Program-made: the position numbers and the translations under genes
Shown here: one piece after another, positions 21,509 through 34,701 of the stretch
How the letters are laid out: each line of letters begins with the position of its first letter
Position numbering within the stretch: position 1 is the stretch's first letter
The notes under the pieces: generated by a model
Database searches by the model: none
What the model was told of the DNA's origin: nothing
The model's input: only the letters and a program-made list of their open reading frames with translations
NCBI RefSeq assembly: GCF_030028105.1
Contig: NC_092370.1
Coordinates: 68,001,638-68,061,911, forward strand
Origin: Mobula birostris
Lineage: Eukaryota
Direction: 5' to 3'
Length of the DNA stretch: 60,274 nt

Positions 21509-22419
21509 TTGCAAACCTTTTCTTATGATTATTTATGCTATCTTTTCCTGCTGTCTACAGAGTTTAGAAAATTCTCATGACTTTGTTATTCTGTTCGAAC
21601 AAGTCATGTATTCAAAGGTAAATTATGAATAAAGAGTTGTGAACAAGAAGCAAAATTATTTATGTACAGTGTAAAATGCTGCAGATTATTTGTTTTGTTG
21701 CATAGTTCTTTAAAACATTTTCTTGATTGTCTATTTAGATGATATTTAAAATGTGTAAGTTAAATCAACCTATATCTATCCTACAATAACTCCACTGTTA
21801 TTAAGACCCTGTTACTTGTCACCGTTCATCCTGTTGTTTGGATAAAAATCCTTAAGAAAGTACAGAGAACAGATTACTCCTAGTTTTATTTCCAACTGGT
21901 GACTGGTGTTGCAACTCTAACCTTGCATTTGTCTAGAAATACATCTCCGGCTAACAGTGTTAAATGTACCGCATATCAGCATCAGTGTCTTGCACTCTAC
22001 TTCCCAAATTTACTCCATTGACTAACAGAATAAATCTCAGAACCAGGACAGATCTCCCTGACAAGAGATCAATTTTAAGGGTCATATCTTTTGCCTTTCT
22101 CACCCTTTTTCTAACTGTCGCTGCCTTTCCTTCAAGGCCACCGCTTTGATATGGTTAACCCTTTAACCCTTTTTATTAAACCATTCCTTCTACTCAGTTT
22201 CTAATCCTTCTTCATCTTGCAGCCGCCACAAATCCATTGTCTCTAATCTACTGTTATTTTCATCCCTTCTTATCTCTGAACTTGGAGTTGGGCAATCCAC
22301 ACCAAGGGTGTGTGAAAGGAGCTACTTTTTAATCATGATGGGGATCAAGATTTTGAAGGCAGAGTTTTATGGCAGATTCACTGATTTGAGAAGTGACCAG
22401 TCCACAAGGGGGATTCATT

Positions 22420-25400
22420 CAAAAGGGGCCAATAAAAATAGCACTGGCGCTGGCAGAGCGGCCATTTTGGTGAGTGTGTCACTGTTTAGAGTGGCTTTGC
22501 CTCATCAGGGTTAGGTGAGATCAGGTTTGGGTGAGGTAAAGTATCTTGTAAGTTACTCTCTCTGTCTTATTTGTTCATTCCTCATCTGTTAGGGCATAGT
22601 ATAGTGAGAATGGCCCCAGGGGCAGTGTTTTGTACTGTGTGTGGGATGTGGGAAGTCTGGGAGGCCTTGAGTCTCCAATCTGCACCAGGTGTACTGAACT
22701 GCAACTCTTGAGAGAATGTCTTCAGTAACTGGAATTGCATCTCAGTGACCTTCAGCTCAAATGGGAGAATGAGGTGATAGACAGGAGCTACAAGGAGGTA
22801 GTCACCCCTAGGTTGCAGGAGACAGGTAACTGGGTGACTGTCAGGAGGCGGGCAAATGCACAGCCAATGCAGAGTACACCTGTGGCCGTTCTCCTCAATA
22901 ATATATAACTTTTGATACTACTGAGGGGGGTGCCTACCGGGGACTAGGTCTCGGGCACTGAGTTTGGTGTTGTGGCTCAGAAGAGCAGAGAGGTGAAGAG
23001 GAGTGCAGTTTTGATAGAAGATTCTTTAGTCAAAGGAACAGAGGAGAGGTTCTGTGGGTGTAATAGAGACACCCAGATTGTATGTTGTCTCCCTGGTGCT
23101 AGGATCAGGGATGTCTCGGATCGTGTCCATCGTATCCTCAAGGGCGTGGGTGAGCAGCCAGAAGTCTTGGTACATATTGGCACCAATGACATAGGTAGAC
23201 AACGTAAGGAGGTCCAGAAGAGAAATTTTAGGGAGGTAGGTAGAAAGGTGACAAGACCTCCAGGATAGTAATCTCTAGATTGCTGCCCGTGCCACATGCC
23301 AGTGAGGGTAAGAATAGAATGATTTGACAGGTGAAAGAGTGGCAGAGGAACTGGTGCAGGGGTCCAGAAGATTACAACTGGGAACTTAATGTCCAAAGAT
23401 AGGCAGGAAGGCAGAGGAGGTGCCATGACTCTGTTGGTAAAAATGAAATTAAATTGTTAGAAAGAGGTGACATAGGATCGGAAGGTGTTGAATCATTGTG
23501 GATAGAGCTAAGGAACTGCAAGGGTAAAAAGATCCTGATGGGCACTATATACAGACTCCCAAACAGTAGTAAGGATGTGGCTTACAAGCTACAATGGGAG
23601 ACAGAAAATGCATGTCAAAAGGGCAATGTTACAATAGTCATAGGAGATTTCAATATGCAGATATAATGGACAAATCAGGTTGCTGTGGAATTGTAAGAGG
23701 GGTAATTTCTAGACTGCACATGAGATGGCTTTTGAGAGCAGCTCATGGTTGAGCCAACTATAAGATCAGCTATTCTGGATTGGATGTTCTGCAATGAACC
23801 AGAATTGCTTCAGAGAGCTTAAGGTAAAGGAACCCTTAGGGATAAGGGATTATAATATTATCGCATTCACCCCGAAATTTGAGGAGAAGTTAAAGTCAGA
23901 TGTATCAGTATTGTAGTGAAATAAAGGAAATTAGAGGTATGAGAGTGGAGTTGGTTAGAATTGATTGGAAAAAAGCACTGGCAGGAATGATCGCTAAGCA
24001 GCAAAGTCTGGAATTTCTGTAAGCAATTTGGAAGGCACAGGATTACATTACAATGAGGAAGAAGTTTTCTAAAGGCATGATGACACAACCATGGCTAACA
24101 AGGGAAGTCAAAGCCAACATAAAAGTCAAAGAGAGGGCATATAATAGGGAAAAATTAACGGGAAGTTAGAGGATTGAGAAGCTTTTAAATACCAACAGAA
24201 GGCAACAAATAAAGTTATTAAGAAGGTAAAAATGGGATATGAAAGTAAGCTAGCAATGAATATCAAGGAGGATACCAAAGTTTCTTTAGTTACGTAAATT
24301 GTAAAAGAGAGGCAAGACTGGATATTGGACCGCTGGAAAACAAGACTGGATATTGGACCGCTGGAAAACAATGCTGAAGAGGAAGCAATGGGGGAAAGGA
24401 AATGGCAGATGAACTGAATAAGTATTTTACATCAATCTTCACTGTGGAGGACACTAGTAGTATCGTGGAAGTTCCAGGTGTCTGGGGTCATGAAGTGTGT
24501 GATGTTACCATCATCAGGGAGAAGGTTCTTGGGAAACTGAAAGGTCTGAAGGTAGAAATATCATGCTGACCAGATGGTGTATGCACCAGGTTTCTGAAAA
24601 AAGTGACTAAAGAGATTGTGGAGGTATTAGTAATGATTTTTTGAATAATCATTAGATTCTGGAATGGTTCCGGAAGACTGGAACATTGCAAATGTCACTC
24701 CACTCTTCAAGAAGCAAGAAAGGCAGTAGAAAGGAAATTATAGGCCAGTTAGTATGACCTCAGGTTAGGAAGATGTGGAGTCAATTGTTAGGGTATGGTT
24801 TCAGGGTACATGGAGGCACATGATAAAATAGGTCATAGTCAGCATGGTTTCTTTAAGGGAAAATCTTGCCTGACTAATTTGTTGGAAGTACTTGAAGAAA
24901 AAAACAAGCAAGATAGACAAAGGAGAATCGGCTGATATTGTGTACTTGGATTTTCAGGAGGCCCTTGACAAGGTGCCACACATGAGGCTGTTTAACAAGC
25001 TAAAAGCCCATGGTATTCCATGAAGGATTCTAGCATGGATAAAGCTGTGGCTGATTGGCAGGAGGCAAAGAGTGGGAACAAAGGGAGCCTTTTCTAGTTA
25101 GCCACCAGTGACTAGTGGTGTTCCACAGGGGTCTGTGTTGGGAGAAATTCTTTTTACGTTATATGTCAATGATTTGGATGGTGGAATTGATGAATTTGTT
25201 GCAGTTTGCCGATGATACGAAGTAAGTGGAGAGGTAGGTAGTTCTGAGGAAATAGAGAGGCTATAGAAGGACCTAGATAGATTAGGAGATTGGGGAAGAA
25301 GTGGCAGATGGAATACAGTGTCAGGAAGTGTATGGTCATGCACTTTGGTAGAAAAAATGAAAGGTTGACTATTTTCAAAAGGAAGAGAAAATACAATAAT

Positions 25401-25600
25401 GTGAGACGCAAATTGATTTGGGAGTCCTTGTGCAGGATTCCCTGTGCAGGATTCCCAAAAGGTTAATCTACAGGTTGAGCCTGTGGTGAGGAGGGCAAAT
25501 GCTATGTTAGTGTTCATTTCAAGAGGACTAGAATATAAAACCAAGAATGTAATGTTGACACTTAGAAAGTTTCTGGTGGAGTCTTGCTTGGAGTATTGTG
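22420..25600 (+). mobile_element. Long degenerate CR1 LINE (5' UTR, ORF1 zinc-finger/esterase, ORF2 APE and RT), 3'-truncated
   Basis: ORF1 esterase motifs LIEDSLVK, CCLPGARIRDV and VHIGTND; APE motifs ESLWIEL, IYRLPN and IGDFN; [11 protein letters not shown] at about 25117. Local tandem duplications at 24313-24368 (28 bp) and 25429-25456 (14 bp). Confidence 0.92.
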
Positions 25601-25740
25601 AGACAGGGGTGGAATTAGTGAGTTGCTGTGACTAAGAGTGAGCAAAGCTATGGAGGATTGAGTGACTTCATTGTGAGAAATAAAATTTGCATCTGACAAC
25701 ATTTAAGAAATTAAATAAATAATAGTTTGTTAGAAAAAAA

Positions 25741-26490
25741 GAAAACATACAGCACAATACAGGCCCTTCGGCCCACAAAGCTGTGCTGAACATGTCCCTA
25801 CCTGAGAACTACCTAGGCTTTACCCTAGCCCTCTTTTTTTCGAATCTCCATGTAGCCATCCAGGAGTCTCTTAAAAGACCCTATCATTTCTGCCTTCACT
25901 ACCGCCACCAGCAGCCCATTCCACGCACTCACCACTCTATGTGTAAAAAACTTACCTCTGACATCTCCTCTGTACCTACTTCCAAGCACCTTAAAACTAT
26001 GTCCTTTCATGCTAGCCATTTCAGCCCTGGGGTAAAGCTTCTGAGTATCCACACGATCAATGCTTCTCATTATCTTGTACACCTCTATCAGGTCACATCT
26101 CATCCTCCGTCGCTCCAAAGAGAAAAGGCCGGGTTCACTCAACCTATTCTCATGAGGCATGCTTGCCAATCCAGGCAACATCCTTGTAAATCTCCTCTGC
26201 ACCCTTTTTATGGTTTCCACATCCTTCCTGTAGTGAGGCAACATGAACTGAGCACAATACTCCAAGTGGAGTCTGACCAGGATCCTATATAGCTGTAACA
26301 TTACCTCTCAGCTCTTAAACCCAATCCTACAGTTGATGAAGGCCAATGCACCCTATGCCTTCTTAACCACAGAGTCAACCTGTGCAGCAGCTTTGAGTGT
26401 CCTATGGACTCGGACCCCAAGATCCCTCTGATCCTCCACACTGCCAAGAGTATTACCATTAATGCTATATTCTGTCAGCATTTTTGACCT
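25741..26490 (-). mobile_element. CR1 LINE 3' portion
   Basis: ORF 25825-26301 LYRILVRLHLEYCAQF...RVQRRFTRMLPG...FFTHRVVSAWN. Confidence 0.92.
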
Positions 26491-26805
26491 ACATTTGTTA
26501 GATTCTAAAACCTACAACTAAACAATCAAATTCAGATTATTTGATTTGTTAATATATTTCATCTTACAACCATAAGTAACCAACTTTTGCAGCACACAGC
26601 CAAATTTAATTCAAAATTTCCACTGTGTGAATTATAATTTAGAATAATGGTTAAATAACTTTGTTGAAGGCACTATTAAAATGTAATTAACGTAAAACTA
26701 TATGCAGATACTCATCACAAAGATCTTCCAGGCATTTACAAATTTTTGTTTGATTGTAGACAGTGCAAATAGCTTTTGCACTCAAACCAAAAATTCACAC
26801 ATTAC

Positions 26806-26944
26806 CTTTGAAAAACACAAATTTTCCATCAGGCCGTTCGTAAACCGCATCAATATTAGAGGGCAAACCTCTCCAGAAATAGGCAATTTGCATGGGATAA
26901 CCATCCAAAACTTTGTTGTTTCGAACTCGCCAAAACCATTGGTC
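26806..26944 (-). CDS. MMP16: MMP16 coding exon, hemopexin domain (human exon 7 equivalent, 139 bp)
   Basis: CAG|GACCAATGG...TTCAAAG|GTAATG; translates to [46 protein letters not shown](G), close to MMP16 [25 protein letters not shown]. Confidence 0.96.
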
Positions 26945-27059
26945 CTGCAATTGAAAGTTTATTGGTTAAATACAACTATTCGCTAGAGCATGTGTTCACT
27001 GTGTTTAAAAAACTATATGCATCGGACAAGGTAAACAAGAGAAAAAACAAAAAGGCATG

Positions 27060-27590
27060 AAGGCTTTTCATGAGTATATTGAATACAGAATTATATATGC
27101 ATTTGGTAAGACCTCAGTGGGTGTATTGTACAAAGCTTTGGTCTCCTTACCAAAAGAGGATATCGTTACTAACAGCAGGTTTTCTTTAAGAGGAGAAATT
27201 GAATAGAATAAGTCTGCATTTTCAAGAATCTAGAAAATGAGAAAAGATCACATTGTGACTAACTAACATGTTAACAGGGTTGATAGGATGGATGTAGGGA
27301 AGATGTTTCCCAAGCTGAAAAGTCTAGAACTGGGGCTCAGAATAAGAATAAGATGTATACTATTTAGGAATGAGATGAGGAGAAATTTCCTAACTCAGAG
27401 GCCAGTGAATCTTTGGAAATCAAGTCATTCAAAAGAAAGACTGATAAATTTCTAAATATTGAGGGAATTAAAGGAGATCGGATAAATGCAGGAAAGTATA
27501 TCAGTCGTAATCCTGGCAAATTGCATAGAGGGTTGAAGCAAAAATGACCCATTCCTGCTCTTGTTTTTTTTTTAAATTCTTATGTTCTTA
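27060..27590 (+). mobile_element. Old CR1 3' fragment
   Basis: Degenerate similarity to the other CR1 3' ends in the window; tail tcttatgttctta. Confidence 0.65.
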
Positions 27591-28906
27591 CTTATAAATG
27601 CTGGTCATTTGAAATAAGGAAAACTGTTCGTATCTAACTTAGAGAGAAATGATAAATGGGAATTCCATCTTATAACACATAAAAAATAAGACTGGCAAGA
27701 GCAAAATAACCAGGAGAATGGGAAAAGCTTATAATAAACTTTTCACGTAGCATAACATTTTAAAAGCCATTTAATTCATTCATTTTCTTCATGTTGCATA
27801 TATTATATTTTCTTTTAACATTTGAAATGATTGATTTTTGTTTCAGATTTCATACACTATCTAATTTCAGTTATATACATTATGTTACCTTTTTATTGTA
27901 CTTGATGTGGGTTTATATATTTTCTGGTTTTGATTTATTATTTACAGGTACTTTGGTTGTTGAGTACCTTTGTAAAAAGTGTTATTTGTTGCATCAATGA
28001 TGTAAATATAATTAAAACTTCCCCTTAGTGCAGTAAAAACTTTTCCTAGTTTTGACCAAGTCGAATTTAAAAATATAGAAATAGGTTTTATATACATGTA
28101 CTTGTCCTTCTCCACTTCGTTAATGAATGGTGGATTGAATATTCTCTAATAGATTAAAAAATCCAGTTTATACTTACACTTTTCCCACTTACTTCACAAT
28201 TATACATTATCATCCAAAATGACACTAATTATTGTAAGAAGTCATGGAAGGCGGAATTCTGATGATTACTTAACTGAGATATTTTTACACTAATTTTCAC
28301 AGAAAATTAAGATTCACATATAATATTTTAGATCATTTCTAAACACTAAAGTTGAGTACAAAGATTGGAAAATAACTTAATTGTCACATAGAAATCAAAT
28401 GGCATTAGCAACAATATTTTATTAATAGAACAGTTTTACCATGTTCTTAAATTCTTTTGCAATTTTTTCGCATTGTTACAGATTTCCCAAAAATGCATTC
28501 ACATATCTTTTCAAGAATTCTAATATTGTATTCAATACTACTTTAACTGCCTCATTCCCCAGTAGCATCAAACAATATGAAGAGCAGGAAGGGTAAAGTA
28601 TCAACCATGATTACTTTCAAGAATGCTTTATGATGCACCTGAATAGTATGGGGAAAAATAATTTGTGAGGGCCATGATTTTAGTGGGACCACTATACCTG
28701 CTTCATCTCTCCCTAACCCCTCCAACCCTCTCACCCCTTCCATCTCTCTACTCTGCTACCCCCCTCCCCCCGTTCCACTCCAGCCCATACTGGTGATGTT
28801 CTAGCCCTTTGAAAGACTTAGAAATGATGCCAAGCAATGGCCAGATACCCAACTTAATTAAATATCGAGGTAGGTTGATTCTGAATGATTTTATTTGGAA
28901 TAGTGC

Positions 28907-28979
28907 ATAAATAAATAAACAAACAAACAAATAAATAAATGCCATGTAAACATAATATAGTGTATACTGCAATACACAG

Positions 28980-29027
<48 letters not shown>
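28907..29027. repeat. Compound microsatellite (TAAA)n(CAAA)n, (CA)n(TA)n, poly-T
   Basis: Seen directly. Confidence 0.95.
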
Positions 29028-29030
<3 letters not shown>

Positions 29031-29123
29031 TGAGGCTGACTTTTAGACAATGCACAGAATCAGTGTATATTATATATATTATATACACTGATTCTCTGCA
29101 TTGTCTAGAAGTCAGTCTCATTT
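29028..29123. repeat. Near-perfect inverted repeat (43-bp arms, 10-nt AT loop)
   Basis: 29028-29070 is the reverse complement of 29081-29123 with 3 mismatches. Confidence 0.95.
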
Positions 29124-31667
29124 TAAAATTTAATAGCATGCGGGCATAATTATTGCTCTTTGCTTTGGTTGCGTGGTGAATTTTGCAATACCAGGCTTGA
29201 CCAAGATATGGCTGATGTGCTTTGCAGTGACTGATAGGCACCCAATGAATTTATGCCAAAAATGCTTCTGTTAGATTTTTGTCTATTTTTGTTGCTTGCT
29301 TAAGTCAGTGAGGAATTTCATTAGTTCTTTCAACAATATTATTTATTAATTACTGATGCATGTAAGAACTTCAAGTAATATCTGAAAGACACTTCTTCAA
29401 TGTTATAGACTTCATGAGGCAGCATAAAATTGACAGTGCCTCTTTAACTGAATTAAAATGGACTTTTTATCTCTGAAGCACTGAAGAGAACATAATGTGC
29501 CAATGTCAGTTCTTTTCCCAATGCACAGGGTCTGAAAACTTAATCTTGCAGAAAATCTTGTACTACACATCCTTCTAAATAATTCATTGCTTTGCAAAGT
29601 ATGCTGTCTATGTGTTACAAAATGGATTCGTATATTAGACATTTATGTAATCTCCAAGCAGCTTAGAGATCTCACCCAAATATTTCTGCTTGGTATTTTG
29701 TCAGTATTAATTTAAAATAAACAATCATACAGTCATAAATGCATGATAAATTCAGTCTGTGAGCAAATCTTAAAATATTAGTCATGAATTACTTTGCTGG
29801 AACTCCAAACATATAAAAGTGTTAATGAGGGTATGGCTTATACAAACACAGTCTTTTACAGCTGGCAACACAGGTGGAAAACATAGTGAGAAGTTAATAT
29901 CTCATATCTATCTAGGATACTTTCAAATGTTTCAATATGAGTTCAGCAAAATGACAAATAGTTGTATATATTGGGCACAGTTAATTTAGCTGACTTTGCT
30001 CCCTTCTTATGCCTAGAAACTGGATAGACCCATTTCTATTGCTTTGAATTATAATCCATCATCTGAGTTGTTAATGTATGAAGTGAATCAGTGATTTTCC
30101 CAGTGGAATCTTGATAAGATTTCTGTACATTGTTTTGTAGTTTCAGGAAACAGACAAATAAATGTTTGAAGTACAAATAATCAGACATCAAGGTAAGTAT
30201 TCCATAAGCCTTTTATGACTAGACACATTCTTTAATTCTATTCCACAATATACAGAAAATATGCTATTTCAAAGAAAGGACATTACTGTCATAGAGGTTA
30301 AAGGGGTTTCTGGAGCAGTTAAGAATAGTGTGGCTATGGAAATCCATTTGGATACTTCCCTGTAGCTCTTATGGCACTAACTTTAATACTTCATTTCTTT
30401 GAACAAATTCTTTTGAACAACATCAGTTTGGTACTTTCTATTCTTATATCTGTTTTTATCTTATTATGCACGCTTTGCAAACCGCCTTCCGAGACTGTAA
30501 ATATAGGATACAGATAAACAAATCGAATAATAATCCTAATAGATTTGGCCACACAGTATCTGCAGATCACTCATGCATAATTGTGAGCAAAAGAATTCTG
30601 ACATTTCTTTCAAAAATTCTGGATCTCTGAGCTACACTGTACAATGGAGAAGAACCATGTCACAGTTAATGTTTCTCTTACAGACAGATGGCAGAAGTGG
30701 ACCATTGGGATTAGTGTGTTCATTCATTCAGATAGTGATGAAAGAGGATTTTCTAAAATATTTATCTGTTATGCACTTTAAAGCTGTAATACAGAATATA
30801 GAATGGAATGTAACCATACCTTAAACTCAAATGTTGACACAGGTTTTGAAACATCTTAGTTGCAAGGGCTATTCTTGTACACCATTACTTTTACAGTCAT
30901 AGAGTGACAGCAATAAACCTGGTTACAGACCTTTCAGCTCACCAGCCTGTGCCAACCATGGTGCCTATCCAGCTTGTCGCAATTTCCTGCATTCATCCCA
31001 TATCCCTCCAATTCCCATCTTCTACTTATCTATCCAAGTGCTACTATTGTACTTGTCTCAAGTATATGTCCTGGAAGCTTGCTCCATATACTCATCATCC
31101 ACCACTTCAAAAAGTTGCCCCTCAAATCCCTTTTAAGTATTTCTACAAAATCTATGCCCCATAGTTTTGATCTTCCCTACTCTGGGGAAAATGCTATTTT
31201 TATCCACCTTATCATAAGACCATAAGACATAGGAGCAGAATTAGGCCATCTGACCCATTGGGTCTGCACTGCCATTCAATCATGGCTGATCCTTTTTTTC
31301 AATCTCCTCCTCGATACCAGTTCCTGGCCTTCTCCCCATAACATTTGATGCCATGTCCAATCAAAAACTCATCAATCTCTGCTTAAATACACCCAACGAC
31401 CTGACTTCCACAGCTGCATGTGGCAACAAATTCCACAAATTCACCACCCTTTGGCTGAAGGAATTTCTCCGTATCTCTGTTTTGAAAGGGCGCCCCTCTA
31501 TCCTGAGGCTCTGCCCTCGTCCTAGACTCCCCCACCATGGGAAACATCCTTTACACATCTACTCTGTCTAGGTCTTTCAACATTCAAAAGGTTTCAATGA
31601 GATTCCCCCCCATCCTTCTGAATTCCAGTGAGTACAGACCCAGAGCCATCAAACAAACGTTCCTCAT

Positions 31668-31804
31668 TTCAGTTAGTCCTGACGAAGGGTCTCGGCCTGA
31701 AACGTCGACTGTACCTCTTCCTAGAGATACTGCCTGGCCTGCTGCGTTCACCAGCAACTTTGATGTGTGTTGCTTGAATTTCCAGCATCTGCAGAATTCC
31801 TGTT
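31668..31804 (+). mobile_element. 137-bp Penelope-derived insert carrying a hammerhead motif
   Basis: Interrupts the CR1; flanked by 9-bp direct repeats GTTCCTCAT (31659-31667 and 31805-31813); similar to the Penelope terminus at 21410-21508. Confidence 0.88.
31674..31711 (+). ncRNA. Minimal type I hammerhead ribozyme motif (putative)
   Basis: Stem I TAGTC/GACTG; core CTGACGA; stem II AGG-GTCTCGG-CCT; GAAA; loopless palindromic stem III (ACGT); GTC cleavage triplet ending at 31706. Confidence 0.75.
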
Positions 31805-34334
31805 GTTCCTCATATGATAATCCTTTCATTCCTGGAATCAACCTTGTGAACCTCCTCCGGACCCTCTCCAATGCCAGCTTATCTTTTCTAAGATGAAGGG
31901 CCCAAAGATGTTCACGATACTCAAGGTGAGACCTCACCAGTGCCTTATAAAGCCTCAGCATCACATCCTTGCTCTTGTATTGTAGACCTCTTGAAATGAA
32001 TGCTAACATGGCATTTGCCTTTCTCACCACTGTCTCAACTTTCAAGTTAATCTTTAGGATGTTCTGCACAAGGACTCCCAAGTCTCTCTGCATCTCAGAT
32101 TCCTGGATTTTCTCCCCATTTAGAAAATAGTCTGTACATATGTTTCTACTACCTAAGTGCATGACTATGCATTTTCCAACATTGTATTTCATTTGCCACT
32201 TTCTTGCCCATTCTCATAATCTGTCTAAGTCCTTCTGCATCCTACCTGTTTCCCCAACACTACCAGCCCCTCCACCAGTCTTCGTATCATCTGCAAACTT
32301 GACAACAAAGCCATCTTTTCCATCATCTAAGTCATTTATATACAGCATAAAAAGTAGTCCCAACACTGATCTCTGCGGAACTAGTCACTGGCAGCCAACC
32401 AGAAAAGGATCCTTTTTTTCCCACTTGCTGCCTCCTACCAACCAGCCAATGCTCTAACCATATTAGTCACTTTCCTGTAATACCATGGGGTCTTAACTTG
32501 GTAAGCAGCCTCACGTATGGCAGCTTGTCAAAGGCCTTCTGAAAGTCCAAATATACAACATCCACTACATTCCCTTTATCTATCTTACTTGTAATCTCCT
32601 CAAAGAATTCCAACAGGTTCATCAGGCAGGACTTTCCCTGAGGGAAACCATGCTGATTTTGTACTATCTTGTCCTGTGTCACCAAGTAACTCCATCACCT
32701 CATCCTTAACAATTGACTCTAACATCTTCCCAACCACTGAGGTCAGGCTAACTGGTCTATAATTTCCTTTCTGCTGCCTTCCTCCTTTCTTAAAGAGTGG
32801 AGTAACATTTGCAATTTTCCAGTCCTCTGGCATCAGTGCCAGAGTCCAACGGTTTTTGAAAGATCATTTCTAATGCTACCACAATCTCTAACGCTATCTC
32901 TTTCAGACCCCTAGGGTGCAGTTCCTCTGGTCCAGGTGACTTATGTAACTTTAGGTCTTTCAGCTTTTTGAGCATCTTCTCTCTTGTAACAGTAACACTT
33001 CTCTTCTTTCACACACAACATCAGGCATACTGCTAGTGTCTTCCACAATGAAGACTGACGCAAAATACTCATTTAGTTGATCAGCCATCTCATATTCCCC
33101 TTATTATTTGTCCTGCCTTGTTTTCTAGCGGTCCTATATCCACTCTCATTTCCCTTTTATTTTTAACATACTTAAAAAACTTTTACTCTCCACCTTGATT
33201 TTTTTTTGCTAGCTTGCTTTCATATTTCATCTTTACCCTTCTAACAAAGTTTTTAGTTGTTCTCTGTAGGATTTTAAAAACTTTCCAATCCTCTATCTTC
33301 CCACTAGTTTTTGCTTTGTTGTATGCCCGTTCTTTTGCTTTTTACAATAGATTTACTTCCTTCGTCAGCCGCGGTTGTACTATTTTGCCATTTGAGTATT
33401 TCTTCATTTTTGGAATACACATGTCCTGCACCTTCCTCATCTTTCCCAGAAATGCACACTGTTGTTGCTCTGTTGACGTCCCTGCCAGCAGCTCCTTCCA
33501 ATTTACTTTGGCTAACTCCTCTCTCATACTACTGTAATTTCCCTTACTCCATTGAAATATTGCTACATCAGATTTTACATTCTTCCTATCAAATTTCAAT
33601 TTGAACACAATTATATTGTGATCACTGGTTCCTAAGGGTTCTCTTACCTTAAGCTCCCTAATCGTCTCTGGTTCATTACTTAACACCCAATCCAGTATAG
33701 CTCATCCCCTCATAGGCTCAATGACAAACTGCTCTAAAAAGCCACCTGTTAAGCATTCAACAAACTCACTGTTTTGAGATCCATTATCAACCTGATTTTC
33801 CCAATCGATCTGCATGTTAAAATCTCCCATGACTACCATAACATTGCCTTTTTGACTTGCCTTTTCTACTTCCTGTTGTATCCTGTGCTCCACTTCCCAG
33901 TCACTGTTAGGAGGCCTGTATATAACTGCCATCAAGGTCCTTTTACCCTTGCAGTTTTTAAACTCAACCCACAAGGAGTCAACATCTTCCGATCCTATGT
34001 CACATCTTTCTACTGATTTGATGCCATTCTTTACCAGTAGAGCACACTACCCCCTCTGCCTACCTTCTAATCCCTCTGATATAATGTGTAACCTTGGACA
34101 TTCAGCTCCCAACTACAACCCTACTTTAGCCATGACTCACTGATGGCTACTTCATTGTACCTGGCAATCCTTAACATTGCAACAAGATCATCCACCTTAT
34201 TTCTTACACTACGCACATTTAGATATAACACCTCTCATACCAATCAATACCTCTCATAATTTTAAGCATTTGTACAAAGTCGCCATACATTTTCCTATGC
34301 TCCAAAGAATTAATTCCAATCAATATATTACCAT

Positions 34335-34634
34335 GGGGTCGTATGGTAGCATAGTGATTAGCACAACACTTTACGATACCAGTGACTCGGGTTCAATTCC
34401 TGCTGCTGTCTATAAGGGTTTGTACATTCTCCCCAAGACCACGTGGGTTTCCTCCGGGTGCTCCATTTTCCTCCCACAGCCCAAAGATGTACCAGTTAGT
34501 AGGTTAATTGGTCATTGTAAATTGTCCCATGATTAGGCTGGAATTAAATCAGGGGTTGCTGCGATGTGTGACTCGAAGGGCCAGAAAGGTCTATTCCATG
34601 CTTTATCTCAATCAATCAATTAATCAAACAATAA
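34335..34634 (+). mobile_element. tRNA-derived V-SINE (HE1-like)
   Basis: B box GGTTCAATTCC (34390-34400), V-domain-like gtgggtttcctccgggtgctcc..tttcctcccacag.ccaaaga, and (TCAA)n tail. Confidence 0.85.
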
Positions 34635-34701
34635 ATTTCCTCACAGCATGGCACCAGAATTGAACTTTGAACTCCTGAATGGCCCCTAGTATTAACCACT
34701 A

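Larger units (their letters stand above)
31213..34230 (-). mobile_element. CR1 LINE, most of ORF2 (APE and RT) plus 3' tail
   Basis: ORF pieces IYRPPNS, MGDFN, SDHN, GNYRPVSLTSVVGK, YLDFQKAFDK and FSQRVVNLWN; tail (reverse) cataagaccataagac. Confidence 0.95.

Noticed and set aside
26795-26805. Intron read-through isoform after the 26806-26944 exon
   Set aside because: It gives only G-N-V-stop and nothing else supports it.
34335-34410. tRNA genes at the SINE heads (also 35281, 36110-36185 and 57885)
   Set aside because: A and B boxes are present but there is no cloverleaf, and each continues into a SINE body.
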